Of a DNA stretch of 32,000 bases, positions 7,247 through 15,464 are shown piece after piece. Position numbers and translations under genes: made by a program. The notes beneath the pieces are model-generated. The model saw only the letters and a program-made list of their open reading frames with translations. It made no database searches and was not told where the DNA came from. This stretch comes from Ruminococcus albus 7 = DSM 20455 (lineage in GTDB: Bacteria > Bacillota > Clostridia > Oscillospirales > Ruminococcaceae): assembly GCF_000179635.2 (NCBI RefSeq), contig NC_014833.1:1170001-1202000 (forward strand). The letters are read 5' to 3'. The first letter of the stretch is position 1. Each line of letters begins with the position of its first letter.

Positions 7247-8725
7247 ATGAGATTTATGGGACGTACATACGCTGCTGCTACAGCTATTATGCTCGCTTAC
7301 AGCGCTTTTTTCAGTGCTGCGGCAAGTGCTGCAAAAACAGATGACAAAAAAGTTACAGAAGTTACAAAGAAGGACGTTTCAGGATATTCAGCTGCTGAGA
7401 TCTGTGCTGATATGGGCATAGGTATGTTGCTTGATGATACAAAGGATATCGCTTCACAGGTAGCAGCGGCAAAGAAAAAGGGCTATGGAACTGTAAAGAT
7501 ATCGGACGGGATGAGCGGTCATACCGAGGATACCGAGAATTGGCTCGCAGGGCTTAAAAAGAGTGTTGATGCGGCAGATGAAGAGGATATGTACATAGTG
7601 CTCTCCCTTGACAGTGAAGATCTTACTGCTGAGGAAAGCAGGAATATATGGAAGCAGACAGCTGATCTATTCAAGAAATATGACAGAAAACTTCTCTTTG
7701 AGGGTGATTTTTTCAGCAGGACAAAGATCGGTGATAAGACGGATGCTGCAGCGGCGATACGCAGTATCAGCAAGGACAGGGTGCTTGTGTGTTCAGCAGC
7801 TGAACCATGGTCGGCTGCTGGCTTCGGGGCTGATACCATAGCTGCGGTAAGTGTAAACGGTAAGAACAGCGAGAAGCTTTTGAAGACATTTGAACGGCTT
7901 GAGATAGCTTTCGTAAACAAGGGCATACCTGTACTTATCCGCGGTACTGCACCCTCCGTAGAAAAAACGGCTGCATTGTTTGCGCAAAATGCGAAGGCGC
8001 TTGGTATTGCGGCTGTTATGGCAGATAATACCAATGAGGATAAGATCATAAAGACTTATAAAGATTCAGCGGCTTCGGGAACTGTATTTGATACTGAGGA
8101 AGCTGAGGAGAACAGCAGGATAGCATACACTGGCGATATAGAGCTGAAAGCCGGTGCTGATGGAAAATACAGCAGAAAGATCGCAGTAAGTGACCTGCTC
8201 GGCGGCATAGAAAAGGATCGGGTAAAAGGGATAAGGTTCACGGGAAGTGACGGCTTTACCCTAGTGCTTGATAAAAAAGGCACTTCTGCAGAAAAGGAGT
8301 GCTATAAAAAAGTTATATGTGTTAATGATATAAAGGGCGATACGCTGGAGGTATCTTCATCAGCTTCAAGCGGAACAAGGCTGGTAGAGTATGAGGTACT
8401 TGTGGCTGACGGCCGACTTGAACCATATACCCGTTATCTGCAGTTTAGTGAAAAGAACAGTGACGGCAGGTGCTATGCGCGTGCCGTCATGATGGTGAAA
8501 TATGAAGATGTAGCAGCTGCGGATTCGGTGAAGTTTACTTTTGACCTCGACGGCAAGACTGCAAGTGTGACATCCGCGAAGTACTATAAGGCTGTTTCAC
8601 AGCAGGGGCAGATAATTGAGCCCGATGAGGGTCATGTCTTCGTGGCGGCAGTAATATCGGGTGTGCCTGTCGGTATTACAGATAAACTGAAGGTCACTGA
8701 TATCGAACTTGTCGGTGCTGACTAA
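7247..8725 (+). CDS. secreted protein with degenerate GH5-like N-terminal domain and unknown C-terminal half
   Basis: Start moved to ATG 7247 (SD AAGGAG 7 nt upstream), because the ORF-track start 7172 lies inside the promoter. Signal peptide MRFMGRTYAAATAIMLAYSAFFSAAASAA. Residues about 45-290 are colinear with GH5 cellulase motifs, but the catalytic positions are substituted (see findings). Confidence 0.8.
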   Translation: MRFMGRTYAAATAIMLAYSAFFSAAASAAKTDDKKVTEVTKKDVSGYSAAEICADMGIGMLLDDTKDIASQVAAAKKKGYGTVKISDGMSGHTEDTENWLAGLKKSVDAADEEDMYIVLSLDSEDLTAEESRNIWKQTADLFKKYDRKLLFEGDFFSRTKIGDKTDAAAAIRSISKDRVLVCSAAEPWSAAGFGADTIAAVSVNGKNSEKLLKTFERLEIAFVNKGIPVLIRGTAPSVEKTAALFAQNAKALGIAAVMADNTNEDKIIKTYKDSAASGTVFDTEEAEENSRIAYTGDIELKAGADGKYSRKIAVSDLLGGIEKDRVKGIRFTGSDGFTLVLDKKGTSAEKECYKKVICVNDIKGDTLEVSSSASSGTRLVEYEVLVADGRLEPYTRYLQFSEKNSDGRCYARAVMMVKYEDVAAADSVKFTFDLDGKTASVTSAKYYKAVSQQGQIIEPDEGHVFVAAVISGVPVGITDKLKVTDIELVGAD

Positions 8726-8736
8726 GGAGGACGGCT

Positions 8737-9549
8737 ATGAGGAAATATATTGTTATGATAGCGGGAGCTATGCTGACAGCCACACTTTGCGGCTGCGGAA
8801 ATGTCATAGCCAGGGATGATGATATCATGTCAGAACGGATATCCCAAAGGTATGAGAAGGAAACCGAAACAGTTACCTCAGCTATGGAGCAGGAAGCTAC
8901 ATCATCGGTAGTGGGTGATATACGTGAAGAAAAGACTGCCACTGAGGCGGCGGTCGTAACGACTAAGACGGAAACTGCCGAAGAGGAAACCAAGACAAAA
9001 AAGACCAGCAGAGTTACGGCTGATTCAAATGATGTGATCGCTTTCACATTATCTGAGGAAACCAAGGAAAATACATCATCTGCTGAGACCACAGTTACGG
9101 CTGTGCCTTCTGTGACAACTGTTTCGGAAAAACGGGGAACTTCATCGGTGTCATCAAAAAGACCTGCAAATAAGGTCGATAAAGTAACTTCAAGAACTAC
9201 TACTTCTGCGACTTCAAAAAAGACTGTCACATCCAAGCCTGACGAATTCACGGATATATTTACAGATAAAAAGAGTACTGAGAAAAAAACAGGATCTGAC
9301 GGAGGGTCAGATGGCGGTGAAAAACATACAACCAAGCAGACGGAGAGAGCGACTGAAAAAGTAACTTCCGTAACGGAGAAACAGACGGAGAAGCCTGTGA
9401 AGACAGTAACTTCTGCTCCTGAGAAACCTGATGAACCTGTTGCTACAACAAAGGATAAAAGTGAGAAAAAGTCTGAGGGCAAGCTGAAAAGTGAGAAACA
9501 AGCGCCTTATAATGACCTTGACTGGGGTAGTTTTATTGCCATGAAATAA
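8737..9549 (+). CDS. lipoprotein, T/S/E/K-rich low-complexity
   Basis: SD AAGGAGG upstream. Signal peptide plus lipobox ...LTATLCGCGN. The rest is Thr/Glu/Lys-rich. It starts 11 nt after the preceding gene. Confidence 0.8.
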   Translation: MRKYIVMIAGAMLTATLCGCGNVIARDDDIMSERISQRYEKETETVTSAMEQEATSSVVGDIREEKTATEAAVVTTKTETAEEETKTKKTSRVTADSNDVIAFTLSEETKENTSSAETTVTAVPSVTTVSEKRGTSSVSSKRPANKVDKVTSRTTTSATSKKTVTSKPDEFTDIFTDKKSTEKKTGSDGGSDGGEKHTTKQTERATEKVTSVTEKQTEKPVKTVTSAPEKPDEPVATTKDKSEKKSEGKLKSEKQAPYNDLDWGSFIAMK

Positions 9550-9555
9550 CAGTAA

Positions 9556-9588
9556 AGCCGGATGGCAGAGATGTCATCCGGCTTTTTG
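9556..9588 (+). terminator. rho-independent terminator
   Basis: agccggatg / catccggct 9-bp stem followed by TTTTT. Confidence 0.8.
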
Positions 9589-9626
9589 GCTGTATATGAA
9601 AATAATGTTAAATTTCTTCTTTGCTA

Positions 9627-9655
9627 TTGCAAAAGTGAAAGGTAAGTGATATAAT
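9627..9655 (+). promoter_or_regulatory. sigma-A type promoter for the feo operon
   Basis: TTGCAA-17 nt-TATAAT with a TGn extended -10. It leaves a leader of about 100 nt before ATG 9763. Confidence 0.55.
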
Positions 9656-9762
9656 AAAGTTAGTCAAGGTAAACTAGGTTAGAAGATTATAACGATGCAT
9701 AGCAGACAGTACCTGTGAATATATCTGTAATGGGACAGTCTGTTTTAAGGAAGGTAATAGAA

Positions 9763-12114
9763 ATGACTCTCAAAGAATTGCAGATAGGAAAGAAAGCAGT
9801 GATAACCGAGGTCGGGGGAGAGGGTGCACTCAGGCAGCATTTCCTGGATATGGGTGTAATCCCCGGAGCTGAGGTAAAGGTCGTAAAGTACGCTCCGCTG
9901 GGTGACCCTATGGAGCTTCTGCTGCATGGATATTCACTGAGCCTGCGCCTTGCTGATGCTGCGCAGATAACAGTTAAGGAACTGTCAGAGGATGATGAGA
10001 AGGTTCAGGAAAAGCCAAGAAAGAAAAAACGTGAGCATCCCGGATTCGGTGAGGGCGGACGTTACCATGAGGCGCATCCGGAAAAGCCCGAACCTCTGCC
10101 TGATGATGTCAAGCTGACATTCGCACTGGTCGGCAATCAGAACAGCGGAAAGACCACCCTTTTCAACAGGCTGACAGGTTCCAATCAGCACGTGGGTAAT
10201 TTCCCCGGGGTAACGGTAGACCGCAAGGACGGCCCTATCAAGGGACATGAGAATACTCTTGTCACCGACCTTCCGGGAATATATTCCATGTCGCCTTATA
10301 CAGCTGAGGAGGTAGTAAGCAGGAGCTTTGTACTGGATGAAAAGCCCAGGGGCATTATCAACATCGTGGATGCTACCAATATCGAGCGCAATCTTTATCT
10401 TACAATGCAGCTGATAGAGATGGATGTGCCTATGGTGGTGGCGCTGAATATGATGGACGAGCTCACTGCAAACGGCGGCAGCGTGGATATAAACGAGATG
10501 GAAGCTATGCTGGGTGTAGCTGTCGTGCCGATATCAGCAGCTAAGAATTCGGGCGTTGATGAGCTTGTGGATCATGCAGAGCATATAGCACGCTTTCAGG
10601 AAAGACCCGTAAGGCAGGACTTGTGTGATGAAAACGACAGCGGCGGTGCAGTACACAGATGCATCCACGGCATATCCTGTCTGATAGAAGACCACGCGAA
10701 ACGTGCTGGTCTGCCTGTCAGATTTGCGGCAAGCAAGGTGATAGAAGGCGATGAGCTGGTAATGAAGCAGCTTGGTCTTGAACAGAATGAGATAGATGCA
10801 GTCGAACATATCGTTATGCAGATGGAGAAGGAGAGGGGACTTGACCGAAGCGCTGCTATAGCAGATATGAGATTTGCTTTCATACATAAGGTCTGTCGCG
10901 AAACGGTAAAAAGACCCCATGAGAGCAAGGAGCACATACGCAGCAGAAAGATAGACAAGGTGCTGACAGGACGCTTTACGGCGATACCTTCCTTTGTTGC
11001 GATAATGGCACTTGTGTTCTGGCTGACCTTCGGCGTTATAGGCGCGGGACTGCAGGGATTGCTTGAAACGGGAATAGACAAGCTGATAGCTCTGGCAGAC
11101 GGTGCTATGAAAAGGGCTGGTGTTAACGAAGTTATACACAGCCTGCTGGTCAAGGGCGTTTTTGCGGGAGTTGGCAGCGTGCTTAGCTTTCTTCCGATAA
11201 TCGTGACGCTTTTCTTCTTCCTGTCACTTCTGGAGGACAGCGGATATATTGCAAGGGTGGCATTCTTTATGGACAAGGCACTTCGTAAGATCGGACTTTC
11301 CGGACGAAGCATCGTGCCGCTGCTTATAGGGTTCGGATGTACAGTACCTGCTGTTATGGCTACACGTACCCTGCCAAGTGAGCGTGACCGTAAGATGACG
11401 ATACTACTTACGCCGTTTATGAGCTGTACAGCAAAATTGCCGATATTCGCATTCTTTGCATCGGCTTTCTTTCCTGAAAAAAGCGCATTTATATTGATAG
11501 GGCTTTATTTGCTGGGTATTATTTCCGGTATATTCGTTGCCTGCGTTTACAAGGCAACAGTATTCAGGGGCGAGGCTGTTCCTTTTGTTATGGAGCTACC
11601 GAATTATCGTCTGCCTGCTGCTAAGAATGTAGGTCAGCTTTTATGGGATAAAGCAAAGGATTTCCTGCAAAGGGCATTCTCGGTAATACTGATAGCATCG
11701 GTAGTTATATGGTTTTTGCAGAGCTTTGATTTCAGCCTGCACATGGTCAGCGATTCGGGCAAAAGCATACTTGCGGATGTGGCAGGAGTTTTAGCGCCTG
11801 TATTCGCACCTCTGGGTATTGGTGACTGGAGGATAGTGACCTCTCTTATAAGCGGATTTATGGCTAAGGAAAGCGTTGTATCAACGCTGGAGGTACTATT
11901 TGCCGGAGATGTGGGCAGTGCGTTGACTACTCTTGGAGCGGCTTGCCTGCTGGTGTTCTCGCTGCTGTATACCCCTTGTGTTGCAGCGATAGCAGCTGTA
12001 AAAAGAGAACTCGGAAAAAAATGGGCAGTGACCCTGGTGGTATGGCAGTGTGCAATTGCCTGGGTGATAGCGCTGGCTGTAAGGCTGATAGGCATGGCTT
12101 TCGGAGGTGTGTGA
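9763..12114 (+). CDS. feoB: ferrous iron transporter, FeoA-FeoB fusion protein
   Basis: Start set at ATG 9763 (SD AAGGAAGG); the track start 9715 is a GTG extension. The N-terminal ~75 aa form a FeoA/SH3-like domain (LKELQIGKKAVITEV...GVIPGAEVKVV). A charged linker follows. Then comes the FeoB G-domain (ALVGNQNSGKTTLFN...DLPGIYS) and a polytopic membrane domain. Confidence 0.93.
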   Translation: MTLKELQIGKKAVITEVGGEGALRQHFLDMGVIPGAEVKVVKYAPLGDPMELLLHGYSLSLRLADAAQITVKELSEDDEKVQEKPRKKKREHPGFGEGGRYHEAHPEKPEPLPDDVKLTFALVGNQNSGKTTLFNRLTGSNQHVGNFPGVTVDRKDGPIKGHENTLVTDLPGIYSMSPYTAEEVVSRSFVLDEKPRGIINIVDATNIERNLYLTMQLIEMDVPMVVALNMMDELTANGGSVDINEMEAMLGVAVVPISAAKNSGVDELVDHAEHIARFQERPVRQDLCDENDSGGAVHRCIHGISCLIEDHAKRAGLPVRFAASKVIEGDELVMKQLGLEQNEIDAVEHIVMQMEKERGLDRSAAIADMRFAFIHKVCRETVKRPHESKEHIRSRKIDKVLTGRFTAIPSFVAIMALVFWLTFGVIGAGLQGLLETGIDKLIALADGAMKRAGVNEVIHSLLVKGVFAGVGSVLSFLPIIVTLFFFLSLLEDSGYIARVAFFMDKALRKIGLSGRSIVPLLIGFGCTVPAVMATRTLPSERDRKMTILLTPFMSCTAKLPIFAFFASAFFPEKSAFILIGLYLLGIISGIFVACVYKATVFRGEAVPFVMELPNYRLPAAKNVGQLLWDKAKDFLQRAFSVILIASVVIWFLQSFDFSLHMVSDSGKSILADVAGVLAPVFAPLGIGDWRIVTSLISGFMAKESVVSTLEVLFAGDVGSALTTLGAACLLVFSLLYTPCVAAIAAVKRELGKKWAVTLVVWQCAIAWVIALAVRLIGMAFGGV

Positions 12115-12115
12115 T

Positions 12116-12256
12116 ATGAATATTGCAGATATAGTACTTGTGGTACTGATCGCTGCTGCTCTGGCAGGTGCGGTCTATCACTGTATCAGGAGCCGCGGAA
12201 AGTGCAGCTGCTCGTGCTGCTGCGGAGATTGTTCACAGTGCCGTGGTAAAATTTAG
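12116..12256 (+). CDS. FeoB-associated Cys-rich small membrane protein (not in ORF track, 46 aa)
   Basis: ATG lies 1 nt after the feoB stop. Translates to MNIADIVLVVLIAAALAGAVYHCIRSRGKCSCSCCCGDCSQCRGKI: one TM helix plus a Cys cluster, as in the FeoB-associated Cys-rich family. Confidence 0.7.
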   Translation: MNIADIVLVVLIAAALAGAVYHCIRSRGKCSCSCCCGDCSQCRGKI

Positions 12257-12404
12257 TAAAAGATAGAGGATGAGTTCATGCTTGTCCCCTTTTTTGTACA
12301 ATAACAAATGGTTAAGAAGACTTGGCGTTAACAGAAAGTCTAAAAATACGCATTTTTGATAACAATAGAGAAAGGTCATATATTTTAATTGTGAAGAATG
12401 GATA

Positions 12405-12433
12405 TTGACGTTAATGGTGGTAAGTGTTAAAAT
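12405..12433 (+). promoter_or_regulatory. sigma-A type promoter for the dlt-like operon
   Basis: TTGACG-17 nt-TAAAAT with a TGT extended -10 (TGTTAAAAT), 57 nt upstream of ATG 12490. Confidence 0.55.
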
Positions 12434-12489
12434 GATAGGGTGGATAATGATGCACATTTATTGACAGATAATTACAGGAGAGAACAAAA

Positions 12490-13995
12490 ATGGAGCTGAA
12501 TCTAATTCGACTGCTGGAACGTACAGCAGACAGATCACCTGACAAAACAGCGTACTCTGACAGCGTGGAGAGCCTTAGCTTTTCACAGGTCAGGGAACAG
12601 GCGGAACGCATAGGCAGTGCTATTGCTAAGAAGGTGCCTGCAAGGTGTCCCGTGGCGGTCATGTCAGGCAGACGTGTGCATACCCCCGTGATATTTCTGG
12701 GGATAGTATGCGCAGGGTGCTTTTATGCACCTATGGACAGCACTCAGCCTAAAGCGAGGCTGGCGGATATACTCTCAGTGCTACAGCCGAAGCTGCTGAT
12801 AGCAGATGAAGAGGGTATAGAGACTGCCCGTGAGCTTGGGTTTGAGGGCGAGATACTTAGCTATGAGGATCTGGCAGGGCAGGAGACCGACAGGGCTTTG
12901 CTCGATGAAAGGGCAAGGTATGCCTGCGCTGATGATCCGCTTTATGTGATATTCACCTCGGGTTCTACAGGTAAACCCAAGGGAGTTATCACTTCTATGA
13001 TGTCGCTGATGTGTTATATAAGCGCATATATAGAAGTCATGAAGATAGACGAGAACGATGTGCTGGGCAATCAGTCGCCGCTGGACTACATCGCTGCGGT
13101 AAGGGATATATATGTCCCCATATTTACAGGCGCTTCCATGTTCATAATACCTAAGCAGTGCTTTATGATGCCTGCAGAATTATTCAGGGTGATGAACGAG
13201 AGGAAGATAACATCTGTCGGCTGGAGCGTTTCAGTGTTCACGATTGCTGTGAAGCTTAAAGCTTTTGACGGTGAAAAGCCAGGATATCTGAAAAAAGTAT
13301 GTTTTTCAGGTTCGGTCATGCCCTGCAGTGCACTGAGGGTCTGGCAGGATAATCTGCCAGGATGCAGATTCGTAAATCAGTACGGACCTACCGAGTGTAC
13401 AGCATCGTGTACCTATCATGAGGTGGAAGGTCTTGTTGAAGAGGGTGACACTCTCCCTATCGGCAGACCCTACAGGAATTACAGAGTATTCCTGCTTGAC
13501 GATGACAACAAGCCTGTCAGCACAGGCGAACAGGGCGAGATATGCGTCAGCGGACCCATACTCGCGCTTGGCTATTACAACAACAAGGAACTTACAGACA
13601 AGTCGTTCATTCAGCATCCGCTGAACGGGGCTTACAATGAACTTATCTATAAAACAGGTGATTACGGAGTTTTTGATGAAAACGGTGTGCTCTGGTTCAA
13701 GGGGCGCAAGGACAGGCAGATAAAACACCTGGGTCACAGGGTTGAGCTTTCGGAGATAGAGAATGCCGCCCTCAGGCTGGAAAGCATAAGGGAATGCTGT
13801 GCTATGTACCTGAAGGAAAAGGAGCTCATATATCTTTTCTATACAGGTACTGCGACTGCGAAAGAAGCGGCTGTGCATTTCAGGGGAATACTCCCCGGAT
13901 TCATGGTGCCGCGCAAGCTTGTACAGCTTGAAGAAATGCCGCATTTGGCTAATGGCAAGACCGATATGCGTACGCTTACGGAAATGATGAAATAA
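12490..13995 (+). CDS. stand-alone amino-acid adenylation enzyme, DltA-like (carrier-protein ligase)
   Basis: 501 aa. Adenylation core motifs YVIFTSGSTGKPKGV, NQYGPTECT, YKTGDYG, GRKDRQIKHLGHRVELSEIE and ANGKTD. Length and architecture match DltA. SD AGGAGAG upstream. Confidence 0.9.
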   Translation: MELNLIRLLERTADRSPDKTAYSDSVESLSFSQVREQAERIGSAIAKKVPARCPVAVMSGRRVHTPVIFLGIVCAGCFYAPMDSTQPKARLADILSVLQPKLLIADEEGIETARELGFEGEILSYEDLAGQETDRALLDERARYACADDPLYVIFTSGSTGKPKGVITSMMSLMCYISAYIEVMKIDENDVLGNQSPLDYIAAVRDIYVPIFTGASMFIIPKQCFMMPAELFRVMNERKITSVGWSVSVFTIAVKLKAFDGEKPGYLKKVCFSGSVMPCSALRVWQDNLPGCRFVNQYGPTECTASCTYHEVEGLVEEGDTLPIGRPYRNYRVFLLDDDNKPVSTGEQGEICVSGPILALGYYNNKELTDKSFIQHPLNGAYNELIYKTGDYGVFDENGVLWFKGRKDRQIKHLGHRVELSEIENAALRLESIRECCAMYLKEKELIYLFYTGTATAKEAAVHFRGILPGFMVPRKLVQLEEMPHLANGKTDMRTLTEMMK

Positions 13996-14042
13996 AATGA
14001 GAATGATGAAATAATAAGGTTATGATACAGGAGGAACAAACA

Positions 14043-14276
14043 ATGAAAGAACAGCTTTTAGAATTACTTGAAGAAATAAGACCCGATGTGGATTTTGAAA
14101 ATGAGAAGCAGCTCATCACTGATGGTGTGCTGGATTCATTCGATATAGTATCCATGGTAACAGCCATGAACGATGAGTTCGATATCGAGATAGAGGTTGG
14201 CAATCTTGTGCCGGATAATTTCAACAGCATCGAGGGCATGATGGCTCTCATTGAAAAGCTGCAGGACGAGGATTGA
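14043..14276 (+). CDS. DltC-like aminoacyl/acyl carrier protein
   Basis: 77 aa counted from ATG 14043 (SD AGGAGG 8 nt upstream). Phosphopantetheine-serine motif GVLDSFDIV. Acidic helical protein. Confidence 0.85.
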   Translation: MKEQLLELLEEIRPDVDFENEKQLITDGVLDSFDIVSMVTAMNDEFDIEIEVGNLVPDNFNSIEGMMALIEKLQDED

Positions 14277-14285
14277 TACTGCGGC

Positions 14286-15464
14286 ATGGAGAAAGAGATA
14301 TTAAAAAATGCGGCTCTGACCTTAGGCACGCCCTGCTATATATTTGATACGGATGTATTCGCAAAGCGTGCAGCGGCAGTAAAAAATGCCTTTGGTGACA
14401 GGGTCGGGCTTTGCTATTCCATAAAGGCGAACCCTTTTCTGCTGGCAGCACTGCCGGAGGAGTTTTCGTATATCGAAGTATGCTCTCCGGGAGAACTCAG
14501 TATATGCGAGAATGTGGGTGCGCCACTTGATAAGATAATATTTTCGGGTGTGAACAAGACCGGGGAAGATATCGCACGCGCATATGCTGACGGCGTTGCC
14601 ATATTTACAGCCGAAAGCAGACTGCACGCAGAGCTTATTAACGAGTGTGCGGTAAAGAACGGCGGCAGGGTGAAGCTGATACTCAGACTTGCCCACGGAA
14701 GCCAGTTCGGTATGGATAAGTCCGATCTGTTGGACATTATCGACCGCAGGGAGCAGTTTGCAGGCGTTGAGATAATAGGTCTGCACTACTTTACAGGCAC
14801 GCAGAAAACTAAGGTCAAGACCATAGAAAAGGAGCTCGCACTTCTGGATGAGCTTTGTGCAGAGCTTGAAAACGAGCATGGCTATAAGCCCTCACATATC
14901 GAGTACGGCACGGGGCTGGCGGTGGAGTATTATAAGGACTTTACCGAAAGCACCGATATTGCGTTGCTTGAAGAAGCATCTGCGGTTATCCGTCCATTTG
15001 CGGAAAAGTACCCACTTACTGTTGAGATGGGAAGATTCTTTGCGGCTGAATGTGGAAGCTATCTGACCAAAATAATGGACATAAAGACCACAAATGATTT
15101 AAAATACGTGATATGCGACGGCGGTATAAACCATGTGAATTACTACGGTCAGAACATGGCTATGAAAGTTCCGCCTATAGAAGTAATTGAAAAAACAGGG
15201 GAGGAGAAGGACTACTGCCTGTGCGGAAGTCTTTGTACCACCGCTGATATACTTGTGCGCAAGGCAACTCTCCCGACTCTTGAAAGAGGGGATATCATCG
15301 CATTTTCAAAGTGCGGTGCTTATTCCGTTGCGGAGGGCATAGCGGCATTCCTTTCGAGAGATATGCCCGCAGTAGCTCTTTTCAGCGAAAAAGACGGACT
15401 TGTTTCTCAGCGAGGTCATGTGGCAACACACCCTCTTAATACCCCATCGGAGGTAAGACCTTGA
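14286..15464 (+). CDS. PLP-dependent decarboxylase, Orn/DAP/Arg decarboxylase (fold-type III) family
   Basis: 392 aa. Motifs colinear with LysA/ODC: TPCYIFD, PLP-lysine CYSIKANPF, GLHYFTGTQ, YGTGLAV, EMGRFF, CGSLCTTAD and CGAYS. Confidence 0.85.
   Translation: MEKEILKNAALTLGTPCYIFDTDVFAKRAAAVKNAFGDRVGLCYSIKANPFLLAALPEEFSYIEVCSPGELSICENVGAPLDKIIFSGVNKTGEDIARAYADGVAIFTAESRLHAELINECAVKNGGRVKLILRLAHGSQFGMDKSDLLDIIDRREQFAGVEIIGLHYFTGTQKTKVKTIEKELALLDELCAELENEHGYKPSHIEYGTGLAVEYYKDFTESTDIALLEEASAVIRPFAEKYPLTVEMGRFFAAECGSYLTKIMDIKTTNDLKYVICDGGINHVNYYGQNMAMKVPPIEVIEKTGEEKDYCLCGSLCTTADILVRKATLPTLERGDIIAFSKCGAYSVAEGIAAFLSRDMPAVALFSEKDGLVSQRGHVATHPLNTPSEVRP

Noticed and set aside
8694-9482. 262-aa minus-strand ORF opposite the lipoprotein gene
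   Set aside because: It is an artefact of the extreme T/E/K codon bias of the + strand gene (the complement gives an S/V/F-rich frame with no stops). The + strand has an SD, a lipobox and operon context.
9590-9762. Looked for a Fur box or other iron-responsive operator upstream of feoAB
   Set aside because: Only weak half-site-like strings are present (TGAAAATAATGTTAAA, GTGATATAATAAAG). None matches the 7-1-7 TGATAAT-N-ATTATCA pattern convincingly, so it is not called.
10534-12181. Several minus-strand ORFs (201, 238, 153 and 84 aa) opposite feoB
   Set aside because: All are antisense to a full-length FeoB with G-domain motifs. None has an SD or a motif.
12257-12489. Looked for a dltX-like small ORF upstream of the DltA-like gene. 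The best candidate is the 29-aa MSSCLSPFLYNNKWLRRLGVNRKSKNTHF.
   Set aside because: There is no usable SD spacing, it lies upstream of the predicted promoter, and it has no hydrophobic DltX-like helix.
13306-13944. 212-aa minus-strand ORF opposite the DltA-like gene (also 14322..14879 and 14414..14737 opposite the decarboxylase)
   Set aside because: They are antisense to genes with complete family motifs and have no independent signals.
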